From: Sminthopsis crassicaudata
Taxonomy: Eukaryota
DNA: 64,000 nt
NCBI RefSeq assembly: GCF_048593235.1
Contig: NC_133620.1
Coordinates: forward strand, 461,247,261-461,311,260
Direction: 5' to 3'
Shown: positions 11,795 to 24,479 of the stretch, piece after piece
Layout: every line of letters starts with the position of its first letter
How positions within the stretch are numbered: the first letter of the stretch is position 1
Translations under genes and position numbers: made by a program
The notes under the pieces: generated by a model
Databases searched by the model: none
The model's input: only the letters and a program-made list of their open reading frames with translations
What the model was told of the DNA's origin: nothing

Positions 11795-11935
11795 ATCAAT
11801 CAGTCAAGAAACATTTATTAAGCACTCCGTACCAGGCCGTTGTACTAAGGACTGGAAATATAAAGAAAGAAATACAAAGATCCCTGCCCTCAAAGAGTCT
11901 GATAGGGGAGACAACATTTAAATAACAAGGTACAT
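11795..11935 (-). mobile_element. L2 3' end
   Basis: aatcaatcagtcaagaaacatttattaagcactccgtaccagg...aaagatccctgccctcaaagag. Confidence 0.85.
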
Positions 11936-12162
11936 AGGAAAGAATCAGTGAATGAGAGGGAGGTCAGAAGACTTAGATTCGAATCCCAATTTCTGATTTG
12001 TGTCACCTTGGACAAGTTACGTAATCACTCCCTGGCCCATTCAGTTTTTCCAGCTATAAAATCACATGGAGTTTAATTAAGTGACCTTCCTTCTGGCCTT
12101 CCATCTATGGTTCTACGTGATCTACGTGCATGCTATATCTGTCTTTCCAGAGGAATACAAGC

Positions 12163-12390
12163 AGTGATGTGTTTATAAACGTTGACTAATTGGTTTTGAA
12201 AAAAAAATGGTGATGATCTACTCTAAAATTTAATCTATGTTATTAACATTTTCTCCATCATTTTTTAAAGTCTAGACAATAAATAAAGCAATAAATCAAG
12301 CTGTGATTTGTAATGTGTACTGATTTCCATGGTGTCAATATTCCCATTGAAAATTTAACAATTGGCTTTCTGGTTTGGGCAAGTTCATTG
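12163..12390. mobile_element. hAT (MER63-like) DNA transposon fossil, copy 1
   Basis: ttattaacattttctccatcattttttt aaagtctagacaat...aaatcaagctgtgatttg...ggtgtcaatattcccattgaaaatttaacaattggc. It aligns by eye with 55470-55650. Confidence 0.7.
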
Positions 12391-12479
12391 GCCTTTCTGA
12401 TGGTAATCTCTTTGAGGGTAGGTCCTATTTTTCATTCCTTTCTATCTCTCGTATTGGTGCACTATAAACATTAAATTGA

Positions 12480-13090
12480 CGCCTACTTATTAAGCTGATC
12501 TGCTCCATGAAATGAGTATAGATTAGAACCAGGGATGCTGCCCAGTGAGGTCCCTGAATTATCTTGGGCTGGCCATTTTATTTTTCCTTCCTGAGCCACT
12601 TCGGGTGTCTCGTTGCCTTGTTCAAACCCAGCCAGTCCTTGAGATTAACCATAGCCTGATTACATTTTAATTGAGGCCAGATTAGCGCTGGGACATCCTT
12701 TTAACTCTGGAGGCCTCAATTCCACAGAACCATAATGAACTAATAATGAATGTGCTCAAGTCATTAAATCAAAATTCATAAAAGGGTGAATATTGCTTTC
12801 CTTTATAATAAAGCAATTAACACCCCGTATGAGAGAGTCGATACTAGTGAGCGAGGTGTGTAGAGTGCTCTGAGCGACGAGGTTAGTGTTGTGAAGTCCA
12901 CATCACGTGGAGCCAGGAATTCTGCAAAAGAAGGCCTGGGTCACTTTTAACACATAATCCAACCTTCAATATACTTACTAGTTCTTAGTTTTCAAGAGAC
13001 TTTGAATGAGTTGGGTGATAAAGTGATAGATACAATAAAAGCTTTTGGACGCCATTTTTGAATCTTCTTCAGTGTCGTGAAGTCCTCTGG
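12480..13090. promoter_or_regulatory. Candidate conserved enhancer island
   Basis: Unique sequence with about 12 CpGs in about 600 bp, dense TAAT/ATTA sites at 12650-12820, CACGTG at 12904-12909 and YY1-type GCCATTTT at 13051-13058. Confidence 0.45.
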
Positions 13091-13792
13091 AACACTGTGA
13101 CCCAAAGGTGGCAAAAGACAGGAGAATCAGTAGGGTCATTCTTGAACCATTCAGGAGAGTTCACCTTCATCTCTTGGAATTTCTAGTGAAATGAGCAAGA
13201 CAGAATTTAAGGATCACATTTATCTTGAAGCCTTTGTTAACTGCCCTCTCCAAGTTCCAGGGCCTTAATCCCCCCGAATTACTTTGTATTTATTTAGTAT
13301 AGTCTTGGTGTATATTTATCTAAGTACACATTGACCCTACATTGCAAGATCCTAGAAAGCAGCAACTTAATTTTTGCCTTAACATCTCCAAATGCTTAGC
13401 ACATAGTAGGTGCCTTCTAGCTACAAAAAACTATGATCCTATGATTGATTGATTGACTAATCTCCCGACTTGCTAATGTCTTTTGAAATTATTTTGTACT
13501 TATTATATGTACATATTTATATTATTATATGTATGTGATATATATATATTATATGTGTATATATATGTATATATTCATATTATTATATATGTATATTTGC
13601 CCATTGTTTCTTCCAGTAGAAGAGAAGCTCCCAGAGAGTAGGAATATTTCATTTTTTTTGCCTTGTTTTTCCAGTTCCAAGAACAGTATTTAGTATACAG
13701 TAAGCCCTGAATAAATGTTTTCTGACTAATTCATTAATACTTCCCCATCTTTGTATATGTTTTTTTTTTCCTTAAATGTGTGTATAGTCCTT

Positions 13793-14020
13793 CAGGGTAG
13801 CTAGGTAATACAGTGGATAGAATACCAGTTCTGGAGTCAAGAACATTTGAATCCTAATAGGCTCCAGACATTTATTAGCCATGTGACCCTGGGCAAGTCA
13901 CTTAATCTATTTGCCTCACTTCTTCATCAGTAAAATGGGAACATCCTGGAGAAGAAAATGACAAATCCAGTATCCTTGTCAAGAAAATCTTAGTGGGATA
14001 GAACTGACTAACAATAACAG
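13793..14020 (+). mobile_element. Mar1-type SINE
   Basis: gggtagctaggtaatacagtggatag...tgtgaccctgggcaagtcacttaa...ctggagaagaaaatgacaaatccagtatccttgtcaagaaaa. Confidence 0.8.
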
Positions 14021-14504
14021 TGCTTGAGAGCAAAGCTATTTGATTTGGGGCCTTATCCCAGTCTCTTCCTATCCCCTATTAGTGGCAATCTTAAATTTTC
14101 ATTAGTGTTACACTTTGATTATAAGAACCACTCTGATGCCATCTTCTATACTATCTACAGGAGGCCTGTGCTAATCTCCTCAGTTGCTATGCTCCCCCCA
14201 CCCCAATTTCTTTGGTCTACCCCTCAATTTCTTTGATTTATATAGTAGGCACATAATAAATACTTGTCAACTAACTGATTGATTAATGCTTCCCTTCCAC
14301 AAAATTGCTTTGCATTGACTATTTCTATTTGCTATTGTATTGCATATATTTTGCATTTTTTTCCATGTACATATTCTCCTGTAGTAGATGATATGTTTCT
14401 TGAAGACCTGGGTTGTTGCATTTTTGGTTTTGGATCCCTAGTGCCTCATTCATAATAAATGCTTATTAAATAGCTATTGAATTAAATTGAATGTAAAAGT
14501 CAGT

Positions 14505-14760
14505 TTGGGGAAACGAGGTGAAGCGTGAGTAGAGGTCTAGACTGCAGCACAAAGAATCTGACTTCAAAATTGGCATTAGAGGCTTAGTAGCTGTGTGACC
14601 CTGAGCAAGTCACTTTACTCTGATTGCCTCAGTTTCCTCACTGTCAAATGAGCTGGAGAAGGAAACGACCAACCACGTCAGTGTTCTTTGCCAAGAAAAC
14701 CTCAAATGGGAGCACGGAGAGATGGACATGACTGAAATGAGTGAACAACAACAGCAACAA
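14505..14760 (+). mobile_element. Mar1-type SINE
   Basis: ctcagtttcctcactgtcaaatgagctggagaaggaaacgaccaaccacgtcagtgttctttgccaagaaaacc...catgactgaaatgagtgaacaacaac. Confidence 0.9.
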
Positions 14761-15833
14761 AATCAGTCTTGATCTGAGCTGGAGTAGTCAATGTGGGCAA
14801 CAGCCTGGGGTACGGCATCTCAGAGAGAGTGAGGTGGGTCATATCACAAGAGCCCTTTTGTATTATTTTTCAATACTACACATGTTTTCAATGAGTGGAA
14901 TATTCTGCTCTGAGTGTTATGGATACATGTAGTCTGTGTAATGGGAGATGGGTACATGTGCAGAATTCATTAGCATGCTTGACTGATGCAAATTCCCAAA
15001 AGGGGGTGTCTAGAAAACCTACTTGCAAAAGAATGGTGGAGCCTGTGTGGAGGAAGGACCTTGGAGAGATTGTGGAACATGTGTAGACATTCTGTAACTG
15101 GTTCTGGTTGGCTAACTGTGCTGAATAGGAAACTCTGATTGGCTGCAGAAGCATTAATAGATGCCCCAGTCAGCCGTGGCCATTTTTTTTCCCCCTCTTC
15201 AGCTGTTTCTTTTTTGGTTTGACTCCCCTCACATGTCCGGCAAGGGACAATGTTCTAAGGGGGAAGTCTACTTCCGAGATCATGTGAACATAGATCCAGC
15301 TCCTTTACCCGCCCTAATACCTATTCAATAATGTCCCAATGTACTAAAATCAAAATTGCAGCCAACTTTGCATTGAGGTCCTGAGAGTCTAGGAGAGCTC
15401 TTCAGGAGGGACCCAGCCCGGAGCAGCACAAGGAAGGACTCACCTGGTATCAATACCACGTTGGGACATGAATTGGAAAGATCAGTGCTTTGGAAGAATT
15501 GAGCTAACTAAACACTCCCCCGAAACCACGTGGAGTAGTGGAAAATGTGCCCCCCACTCCCTAAGATGTTAAGGGGAATTATTCATGCTTTTGTTGTGGT
15601 TACATCTTTGAAGTAAATATCTTTTTCTAAAAGCTAATTAATATTAAATGGTTAAATGGAACTGGGGTATTAGTCACCAGGGGCTAACACTAGAAGAAAT
15701 ATAGCTCGTGGGAGCTGAGCCAATGGAAGGGAAAAAAAACCTTCCCCTGACCCTCTGAGCCCCCTAAGGGGAAAACAACAGTCTCTGGGAGACTAAGGCA
15801 GAACAAATTCAATACTTCTGTGATAATCAACAG

Positions 15834-16040
15834 CAGAAATCTCAAACTCACAACCTGTGAACTGCATGTGACCCATCAAAACTCCTGAGTGCTGCCCAAA
15901 CTAGGTCAAAATGTCATTGAGACATAGTTCACAAAATAAAAATACCATCACGCATAGATAATGTTAATTTGTAGTTTTCTAAATCAACTTGCAGTCTGCC
16001 ATGATCTTTATTTATGGTTAAATGATCTCCTTTAATGACA
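15834..16040. mobile_element. hAT-Charlie-type MITE (marsupial)
   Basis: cagaaatctcaaac start and aaaataaaaatacc...catagataatgttaatttgtagttttctaaatcaac...tttatttatggtt resemble a common marsupial non-autonomous hAT. Confidence 0.55.
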
Positions 16041-16508
16041 GAGAGGTAATTAATGGGTAGGGATCTGGATCTCCAATTGGGAGGACTTGAGATCAGTCAG
16101 CTACTTTCTAATTTAATAACCCCGGACAAGTCAATAAACCTCCTTGTAAACCTCATCTGCAAAATGATTGTTGATTTATACCTGATATATTGTAAGATCT
16201 CTTTTAACTCCATATCTTTGATTCTATAAGTCTCACGTTTCATGTGAATGTCCAAAGCTTTCCATAAGCTGTATGTAGTGGGACTCAAATTATAAATGCA
16301 AAAGTTTTACACGTCAAATTTTGTTAAACTCACATAACTGCCTCATTTCACCCCTCTTTTTGGTGTTAGTTGGAATCTTAAAATCTCACAGTCTTATGCT
16401 TTGGAAATAAAACAACACTCAGATGCCATCTTCTATAAGAGGTGGGTCCTTACTTTCTTAGTTGTTAATGATCTGCCCCCTCCTCCAGTTATTTTGATTT
16501 AATTTGTT

Positions 16509-16513
<5 letters not shown>

Positions 16514-16580
<67 letters not shown>
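16514..16580. repeat. (AT)33 microsatellite
   Basis: Perfect AT dinucleotide run. Confidence 1.
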
Positions 16581-16582
<2 letters not shown>

Positions 16583-18716
16583 GTATTGTTTCCCCCAATA
16601 GAATATAAAATCCTTAAGAGAAACGACTGTTCCATTTTCACTTTCAAATCCCTAGCATCTCAGCTATAGTGGACTGATGTAGAAGGTTCAAAGGCTATTA
16701 AATCTGGAAAGCATTTGGGATTCAACTAAGAGCGTCGGTTTGGTATGGAGTTCAACGTTTACAATGCTGAGTTTGAGATCAATAAGAGCTAGGTTCAGAT
16801 CCTATTTCTGTATAAGCATAACCAAGCTCTTCATCTCCTTGATTTTTCACCTTCTCATCTGTAAAATGGGTGTTTAGATTGTATTATCTCAAAGGTCCCA
16901 TTAAGGGATTCCTCCACTTTAAGATGTAGTCTAAGATTTGACATGACAAAGTCCTGTAGTTTGAAAGTATGTTATGGTTTAATGGTGACATTTGAAATTT
17001 ATAATCCAGAGAATCTTGAGAAAATGGAAATGATCAATTTCAAACCAAGTCTACCACTTTTTTCCCTCCTTAAGTGTTCAGCGCCATCCCCCCCCCCCTC
17101 CAATTCTGCAATCATATGGCAAGACCGCTAAGCAAAATTAGCCTCTCCTTTCCTTTTCTCTGGCCTGGTTCCCAGAGTTATTGTTTGGTTGGCTTGTAGT
17201 GACATAGGCAAATCAAATGCAAGTGTATCACCTCGGGTCTGTTCTAAGGGTCTCTTGAATAGCGCTAAGTTTGTACCCTTCAGCACTAGGCTTCCCAAGG
17301 ATCCAGGAGGACCACTGATTGCACCGAGCATCTGGAGAGGGTTTGATGATCCCCCGGTGAAACATTCAAAATTGTAGAAAGAGTGTTTCAGGATTGAGAT
17401 AACTTGTCCTCTTCCCAACATTTTAACCTGATGAGATTTTGCTGGAGTGTGTGTGTGTGTGTGTGGGGGGGATTCTAACTTGTATTATCCACACTAACAA
17501 TCCCTCTCAGCTTTGTGTTATCTGTAGATCTGGACAGGCGTGTAATCTAAACCTTTGTCCAAGTCATTTGTTAAAAAAAAAAGTTACAGGGTCATATATA
17601 ATCTTGTAGTACTTTCTCAGAGACTTCCATACTCACAGTGTCACCCTTGTGATGGCTAAAGTATATGTCTCTGGTAATGGACACACAGTAGGTGCTTTAT
17701 CTTACTGATTGTTAAAGAATGGAATAGCCAAAGCAAGATTCGAACCCACACCCTCTCATTCAGCCCATTTCCTGCTATATGCTCTCTTTTTGAATGGTTA
17801 TCCATATAGCACGAAGGGACTGAATCTGGCTGTGGCCAATTAGTTTCTAGCAGAAGTTAATTTACGAGTTTATACATCTCCTGTTATACATCTAAAGATT
17901 TATTGAAATTTGGTCCCAGATAATGAGGCACTATTTATAATCTTTCTAGGAAGCAACTCTCCAGTTTTAAATAGCTCTTTAAAAATAACTGGTTTGTAGG
18001 GAACAAAATATGGGATTTTTTTTTCTTTAATAAAAATCCACAACAACTCCTATAGCAGACCTAGTAGAGAAGTAGAAGGATTATGTGGAATGGCTGTGTG
18101 TGCTGTTGAAGGGATTATCCAACCTAGGAGAGGGGAGGAGGATTAGCTACGACATGATATAGGAACAAGCAGATTAAAAGAATACTAAATATGTATTACA
18201 GGCTCTTTCCTATGACATACGATAATACATAGCTCCCATTGAATAATTCAAGACTGGAATTCAGCTGATAGCTCACCTAGAAAGGTTTATGAATGGGATA
18301 AAATAGAATTAGAGGCTTTGATCCCATGAGGGACGGGGTATTCTCATTCACAATCATCAGAATTGTTCTTCCTTTTCAGAACAAGGAGGGGAAAGAAAGG
18401 AAGGAAGAGGAGCGTAAGAATGGAAGCATTGTTCCTCAGGCCTTGTCAATGAGCGGGCGCAGATATGAATTAATTAGAATGGGCACCAAGGCCCAGACCC
18501 CGCACCCACCAGCTTTGTCATCCTTTGCTTTTGCCATCCTGTCATCTCTTCCTCCCTGTCCCCCAACTCAGTGCTGGTGAAGGAGACTGGAAAAATAGAA
18601 AAGGACTCAGAGACCCTCAGGACAAAGTTGAAGGTAATAAATAGAACTTTTTTTCTGTTAAGTACTTTGATTTCATCCTTCCTCACTTCCTTTTCCCTTC
18701 CTTCCCCCCTTTTTTC

Positions 18717-18935
18717 NNNNNNNNNNNNNNNNNNNNNNNNNNNNNNNNNNNNNNNNNNNNNNNNNNNNNNNNNNNNNNNNNNNNNNNNNNNNNNNNNNNN
18801 NNNNNNNNNNNNNNNNNNNNNNNNNNNNNNNNNNNNNNNNNNNNNNNNNNNNNNNNNNNNNNNNNNNNNNNNNNNNNNNNNNNNNNNNNNNNNNNNNNNN
18901 NNNNNNNNNNNNNNNNNNNNNNNNNNNNNNNNNNN
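18717..18935. other. Assembly gap, 219 N, inside a (TTCC)n/CT-rich tract
   Basis: N run with pyrimidine simple repeat on both sides. Confidence 1.
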
Positions 18936-19482
18936 TTCTTCCCTTCCATTCTTCCTTCCTCATTCCCTCCCTCCCTCCCTTCCTCCATATTGGAGTTATG
19001 ACAAAAGCCAGCCCAGAGAGACAGTAATTTTCCTCAGGCCACACAGCTTTTAGAGGACAGAACAGGGCTCAGCGTTCCCTCTGGGGGATGCTGATCTCCC
19101 TGGCCTGGCTGTTGGTTCTTACTTTTTTGAAATGGATCCATTGCATGATGATGTTTTGACTTATGAATGAATTGTACTTAGGTTATCTCTAAATCACAAG
19201 TTTCACTCTGTCATCTCCCAAGAAGAAAGGCCTGAGATGTGGAACAAAATATGGGTCCCTTCCCCTTTCCCATCCTGAGTGAGCCTCTCCAGCTTTGGGG
19301 TTAAAGGGGAAGAGAAAGGAAGGGGTTTGGTTTGTGATCCCTGTCATTGAGCAGCTCTGGACAAGGATTCAGCTGGGTTTAGAGGCCATAATCCTGATCT
19401 TGGAACCAGAAACAGCTGGGTTCAATTCCTGCCTCAGGGTCTTATTAGATCAATGCCTTCAACAAGTCTCCTTAACTCTGAG

Positions 19483-20200
19483 TCTTATACCCTTTGATCC
19501 AGCAGTGTCTCTGTGCGTCTGTATCCCAAAGAGATCATAAAAAAGGGGAAAGGGACCCACATGTGCAACAATTTTTGCGGCAGCCCTCTTTGTAGTGGCA
19601 AGAAACTGGAAACTGAGTGGATGCCCATCAACTGGAGAATGGCTGAATAAATTATGGTATATGAATGTTATGGAATATTATTCTTCTATAACAAATGACC
19701 AGCAGGATGATTTCAGAGAAGCCTGAAGAGATCTTCATGAACTGATGCTGAGTGAAATGAGCAGAACCAAGAGAACACTGTACATGGCAACAAGATTATG
19801 TGAGGATCAATTCAGACTCTTTTCAATTTTGAGATGATTCAGGTCAATTCCAATAGGACAGATAAAGCCATCTGTATTCAGGGAGAGGACTGTGGGGATT
19901 GAATGTGGATCACAATATAGTATTTTCACCTTTTTTGTTGTTGTTTGCTTACATTTTTTTTTCATTTTTCCCTTTTTTGATTGATTTTTCTTGTATAGAA
20001 TGATAAATGTGGAAATATGTATAGATGAATTGTACTTTTAACAAATATTGGATTATTTGCTATCTAGGGGAGATGGTGCGATGAAGGCAGGAAGAAAAAT
20101 TTGGAACACAAGATTTTGCAAGGGTAAATCTTGAAAACTATCTTTGTATATAGTTTGAAAATAAAAAGCTATTATTAAAAAAAAAAAAAAAACTAAACTA
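19483..20200 (+). mobile_element. 5'-truncated marsupial L1 (ORF2 C-terminus, 3' UTR, poly-A) inserted in a MIR
   Basis: Reads IPFDPAVS...ARNWKLSGCPSTGEWLNKLWYMNVMEY. Poly-A at about 20177-20192. TSD AACTCTGAG at 19474-19482 and 20201-20209. MIR halves lie on both sides. Confidence 0.95.
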
Positions 20201-21149
20201 AACTCTGAGCCTTAATATCCTAATCTATGAAATGGAAATCATCAAAGCATCTATCTTGGGGCTTTTTGTCAGATAATGTTTATAAAATATAAAATCTTTA
20301 AAAATTTTAAAAATTTTAAAATTTTATAAAATGTAAAATTTTGTCAGTAATGTTTATAAAATGCTATTTAAAAAAAATCTGTGATTTCCCACTATTGAAT
20401 CATAGGGTATAAGGCTCAAAGTTAAGGAGACTTGTTAGCAGCATTGAGTTAGTAAGACTCTGGAGGCAGGAATTGAATTCAGCTGTTTCTGGTTCCAAGC
20501 ATTTTTTTTAAAAGCCTTAAGCTAATATAAATATTAAATATATATATATTATATATATATAATAAATATTAATATAAAGGTGAGCTATATCCAATCATTT
20601 GAAATGTTTCCTTTAGCATTTCCAGCAGAGGCGTGGGGATGGGTCTGAGACCTATCAGGGAGCTGCTGCCCTTCTTAGTGGGGAGACCAGTGAAGCTAAA
20701 ACCGGGCCTCCAGTCCTAAGAGCTCCATTACAAGCTGCCGTCGGGTTTTATCTAAACCAGAGAGTGTGGAGAGGAAGTGCAGCCTATATTTGGACAAATA
20801 TGGGTAATTGTTACTTCATGGCAGAATTGTAGAGCTGTGAATAGCTCAGCTCCTGAGTTAATGCCTTTGTGCTGTGGAAGAGGGAGGAAAAGAGGAAAAA
20901 TAATTTCTTTTCAAAGAGAGAAATTACATAGAAAGGGATCAGAGTGATGTGACTCTGGGCAATTCAGTGCCGAAGAGTACCTGTACTTGTATGAGCATCA
21001 GGAGTGCTCCCACAATATCCCACAGGGGCTTGATTCTACTCCTGACATGGTGGAGGCAGGAAGAAGGCAGGAAATGCAAGTTCCTAAGGTGGTTTGGAGG
21101 AGGTAACCTGGTACTTTGGAAAGGATGCTCAATTTGGAGTTGAAAGTCT

Positions 21150-21340
21150 AAGAACCTGGTAGTTAATCCCCAAGACCTTTCCAGGTGGTCTATGAGATCA
21201 AAACTATTTTTATAATTTGAGACCCACAGAATGACTCTCTGACCTACAGAAACATAAAAACAAAGTTGTGTTGAGGTCCTCAACAAATTTTAAGAATGAA
21301 AATGGGTGCTGAGAACCCAAACTTCAAGAACCTCTTCTTT
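21150..21340 (+). mobile_element. Charlie1-like hAT internal-deletion fossil
   Basis: ccccaagacctttccaggtggtctatgagatcaaaactatttttataat (left part) and taagaatgaaaatgggtgctgagaacccaaacttcaagaacc (right part). Confidence 0.55.
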
Positions 21341-21969
21341 AGAACTTTGATGCTGAATACTTCAGCTGTTTTATAGCCTACTGCTCTGATTTTTTTTTCT
21401 GAAGAAGTATATTTTAGGTCTTGATAAAAACCCAACTTTTCAAATTTCCCTGGACTACAGATGGCTTTGTCTTCCTGTCCCTCTGGGAGGTCTCTTTTTT
21501 GAAATTTAGGTTATCTGTCCCAATATGGCTGTCCATGGTGTAGGAGACTGAATGTGGAGGCAGAACAACTAGATTTGAGACTTGGTTCAGCTATTTACAA
21601 ACTGTATTATCTTAGGTAAGTTATTTCTCTTTTTCCTAACTTGGTTTCCTCCTGTGTAAAATTAGAGGGTTGCCTGGAAGGATTCAAGATTCTCCACTTT
21701 TCCCTTGGAGATTTTGAGTTTCTAGTCTTCTGTAACTCCTTGTCACAATGGAATAATATTCTCCATCTTGGTTGGTTTATTTGATGTTAACTTTTTCTTT
21801 TATTATTCTAGGAACTTTGAACAATAGGAAATGCCATTTTAGCTGGAGTCTCAGAAAACTTCTCATCTACAAAAAGAGGGAATCAGACAAGATGGCTTCT
21901 GAAATCCCTTCCAGGTCAAAATCTTTGATCCTCTGATTTCTAAGGCTCCCTTCAGCTTGGGGATGAGAG

Positions 21970-22330
21970 GGAGAGAGACACATATGGAGACCTAGACCCA
22001 GATGGAAAGAAGCAATATGAGATTGAGAGAGACAGAGAGAGACAAAAATGGAGAAAAAGAGACAAGAGATAAAGAGACAGAAAAAGAGACAATGCAAACA
22101 AAGAGATAAAGGGCGGGGAACAGATATGGAAAAATACAGTGAAAGACACAGAAATACACATAGAGAGACAAAGAGGTAGAAAAAAAGAGAGAAAAAAAAA
22201 GTTATAAACAGAGAAAAAGAGAGATAGAGAGAAAGAACCCATCACAGAGGCAGAGAGAGAGACAGAAATAGAAAAACAGAGCTGGAAAGTTTATCAATGA
22301 TAAACAGAGATGAAGCTAGAGAGACAGGGA
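21970..22330. repeat. (GA/GACA)n purine-rich low-complexity tract
   Basis: Degenerate gagagaca/gagaaa units. Explains the Leu/Ser/Phe minus-strand ORFs. Confidence 0.9.
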
Positions 22331-22865
22331 GATTACCTGGAATGACCTATTTCAGGAGCTCAGGTGCTGATTTCAGCTCACAAGCTGTGGGAGAACACAA
22401 CAGATGCTTTACTATCTTTCCTTGCAGGTAATTGAGAACTTCCCAGGTGTCCTAGCCAGTCAGGTTTCATTGTCAGGGGTGGAGTCAGGGATGAGTTGGG
22501 ACTTAGGTCTGCAGGTCAGCATGGCAAGTGGCTCTTGCTGTCAATGGAAACATCACATTTAAGTCAGCTGAAATTTCCAACTGAAGGCTTTCAAACTAAA
22601 GCTACATAGAAGCATGTGGAATATTACAACAAACAAAATTTTTTTAAAAAGTTAAATTCAGAATAAAATTGGTCTCCATTTTAAGAAACACTCGGGTGAC
22701 CTTGTTGGGGTTCCCCACCCCTGACACTAACCAACTCCACGTTCTAGGGCAATTACCTTCAAATCTTAAATCTCTCAAGATAACTAAGGCTTTTGAGAAA
22801 TGCTAAGAACAAGAATAACAACAAAGGTCTTTGTTTGCTTTTAGGCTGTGCCATGACAAATGGAA

Positions 22866-23560
22866 GTGTGTCCCAGAGGGATCTTAAAGGAAGGAAAGGG
22901 ACCCACATGTGCAAAAATGTTTGTAGCAGCCCTTTGTGTAGGGGCAAGAAACTGGAAACTGAGCGGATGCCCATTAGTTGGAGAGTGACTGAATAAATGA
23001 TGGTATATGAAGGTTATGAAATATTATTCTTCTATGAGAAACGAACAGTAGGATGATTTCAGAGAGGCCTGGAGAGACTTACATGAATTAAGAGTGAAAT
23101 GAGAAGAACCAGGAGATCACTGGACACGGCAACAATAATACTATATGAGTATCAATTCTGATGGATGTGGCTCTCCTCAACAATGAGGTGATTCAAGCCA
23201 ATTCCAACTAGCTTATAATGGAAAGAACTGTCTGCACCCAGAGAGAGGATTATGGGGTGAGTGTGGATCACAACATAGTATTTTCACTTTTGTTGTTCTT
23301 TGCTTCATGTTGTTTTCTTTCTCATTTTTTCTTTTTAATCTGATTTTTCTTGTATAGCATGACAATTGTGGAAATATGTAGAGAAGAATCACACATGTTT
23401 AACATCCTGGACTACTGGTCTAGGGGAGAGGTTAGGGGGGAAGGGAAGGAGAAAAAATCTGCCACACAAAGTTTTGCAAGGGTGAATGTTAAATTTTCTA
23501 CGCATATATTTTGAAAATAAAAGCTTTAATTGGAAAAATGAGCAAAAAACTGAAAAAAAA
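22866..23560 (+). mobile_element. 5'-truncated marsupial L1 3' end
   Basis: aaagggacccacatgtgcaaaaatgtttgtagcagccc...gatgatttcagagaggcctggagagacttacatgaa...ttgaaaataaaagctttaat then an A-rich tail. Same family as 19483-20200. Confidence 0.95.
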
Positions 23561-24479
23561 AACCAAAAAGAAAAGAATCCCTTCCTTAAGTGAATGGAAA
23601 CAGCAAAGGCAGTAGGCAATTGAGAGGGCAGATCTACTCAGTTCCTATATTGCCTCTAGCCTGGGAATATTAGGGGGAAAAAAGATTAAAGGATAATGTA
23701 ACTCAGGATAAAGGGAGATTGTCATTTTTCTTTATGTATTCTATAGTCCAGTCAAGCTGGTATATTTCCTGTTTCTTTTTGGGGGGAGTATATGTCTTGT
23801 TTCTTAAGTACAACATTCCCTTTGCTACCTCTGATTTTGTATGGGCTGTCCTCCATGCTGGGAATATCCCATGTCGCCCCTTCTGCATCCTAGCACCCCT
23901 AGTTGTATTCAAGCCTCAGTTCAAAATCTATCTCCTGAAGGAGGTCTTTTCCAGTCTCCTCTGTTGCTAACCTTTGCTCTCTAAGGTCACTTTCCATTTG
24001 CACTGTATATACATAATGCTACAAATATTCATATATCTCCATTTTCAAATGTGCTCTGGGATTTTGAGCACTTAGAAGGGATTATCTGAGAGTCCAGGAA
24101 AATAGTGACAATAGTGAGCTAAATCCAGTAAGATAAAATGTAATAGGTGTAAATCACAGGCTCTATGCTTTTACTTAAATCTACAGCCCAAATCCAGTAT
24201 GGAAAAGGGATAGCAAAGTAGTAGTGCATGTGTAAAAGATTTTGGTGGAAAGTCAAAATGAATCAACAGAAGATACGGCAATTGACAAAATCCAATGAAA
24301 TCTTAGGCTACTTTAAGAGATGTGAGCTGACATCGGGGCTGTTATTTTCAGTTCTCCAAAGTCACATCTTAAGAGACATTGAGAAGGGAGAATCGGACAT
24401 TGCTTCTCTCATCACCATCAACCTCAAGCTAATGAATAACTCCTTGCCTGTAGCCCACAGACATTGATGACATCCTTAC

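Noticed and set aside
2964-14760. Inverted Mar1/MIR pairs as dsRNA or editing substrates
   Set aside because: The copies are old and visibly diverged, and such pairs are ubiquitous in marsupial DNA.
14986-14993. Isolated octamers (also 47226, 55494, 57557)
   Set aside because: They are frequent by chance, and some lie inside repeats.
15381-15510. Perfect minus-strand donor CAG|GTGAGT at 15444/15443
   Set aside because: No good acceptor gives a convincing open exon. A single 9-mer is expected by chance in 128 kb of both strands.
17931-17989. Two MEF2-like A/T boxes
   Set aside because: They are degenerate matches and common in AT-rich DNA.
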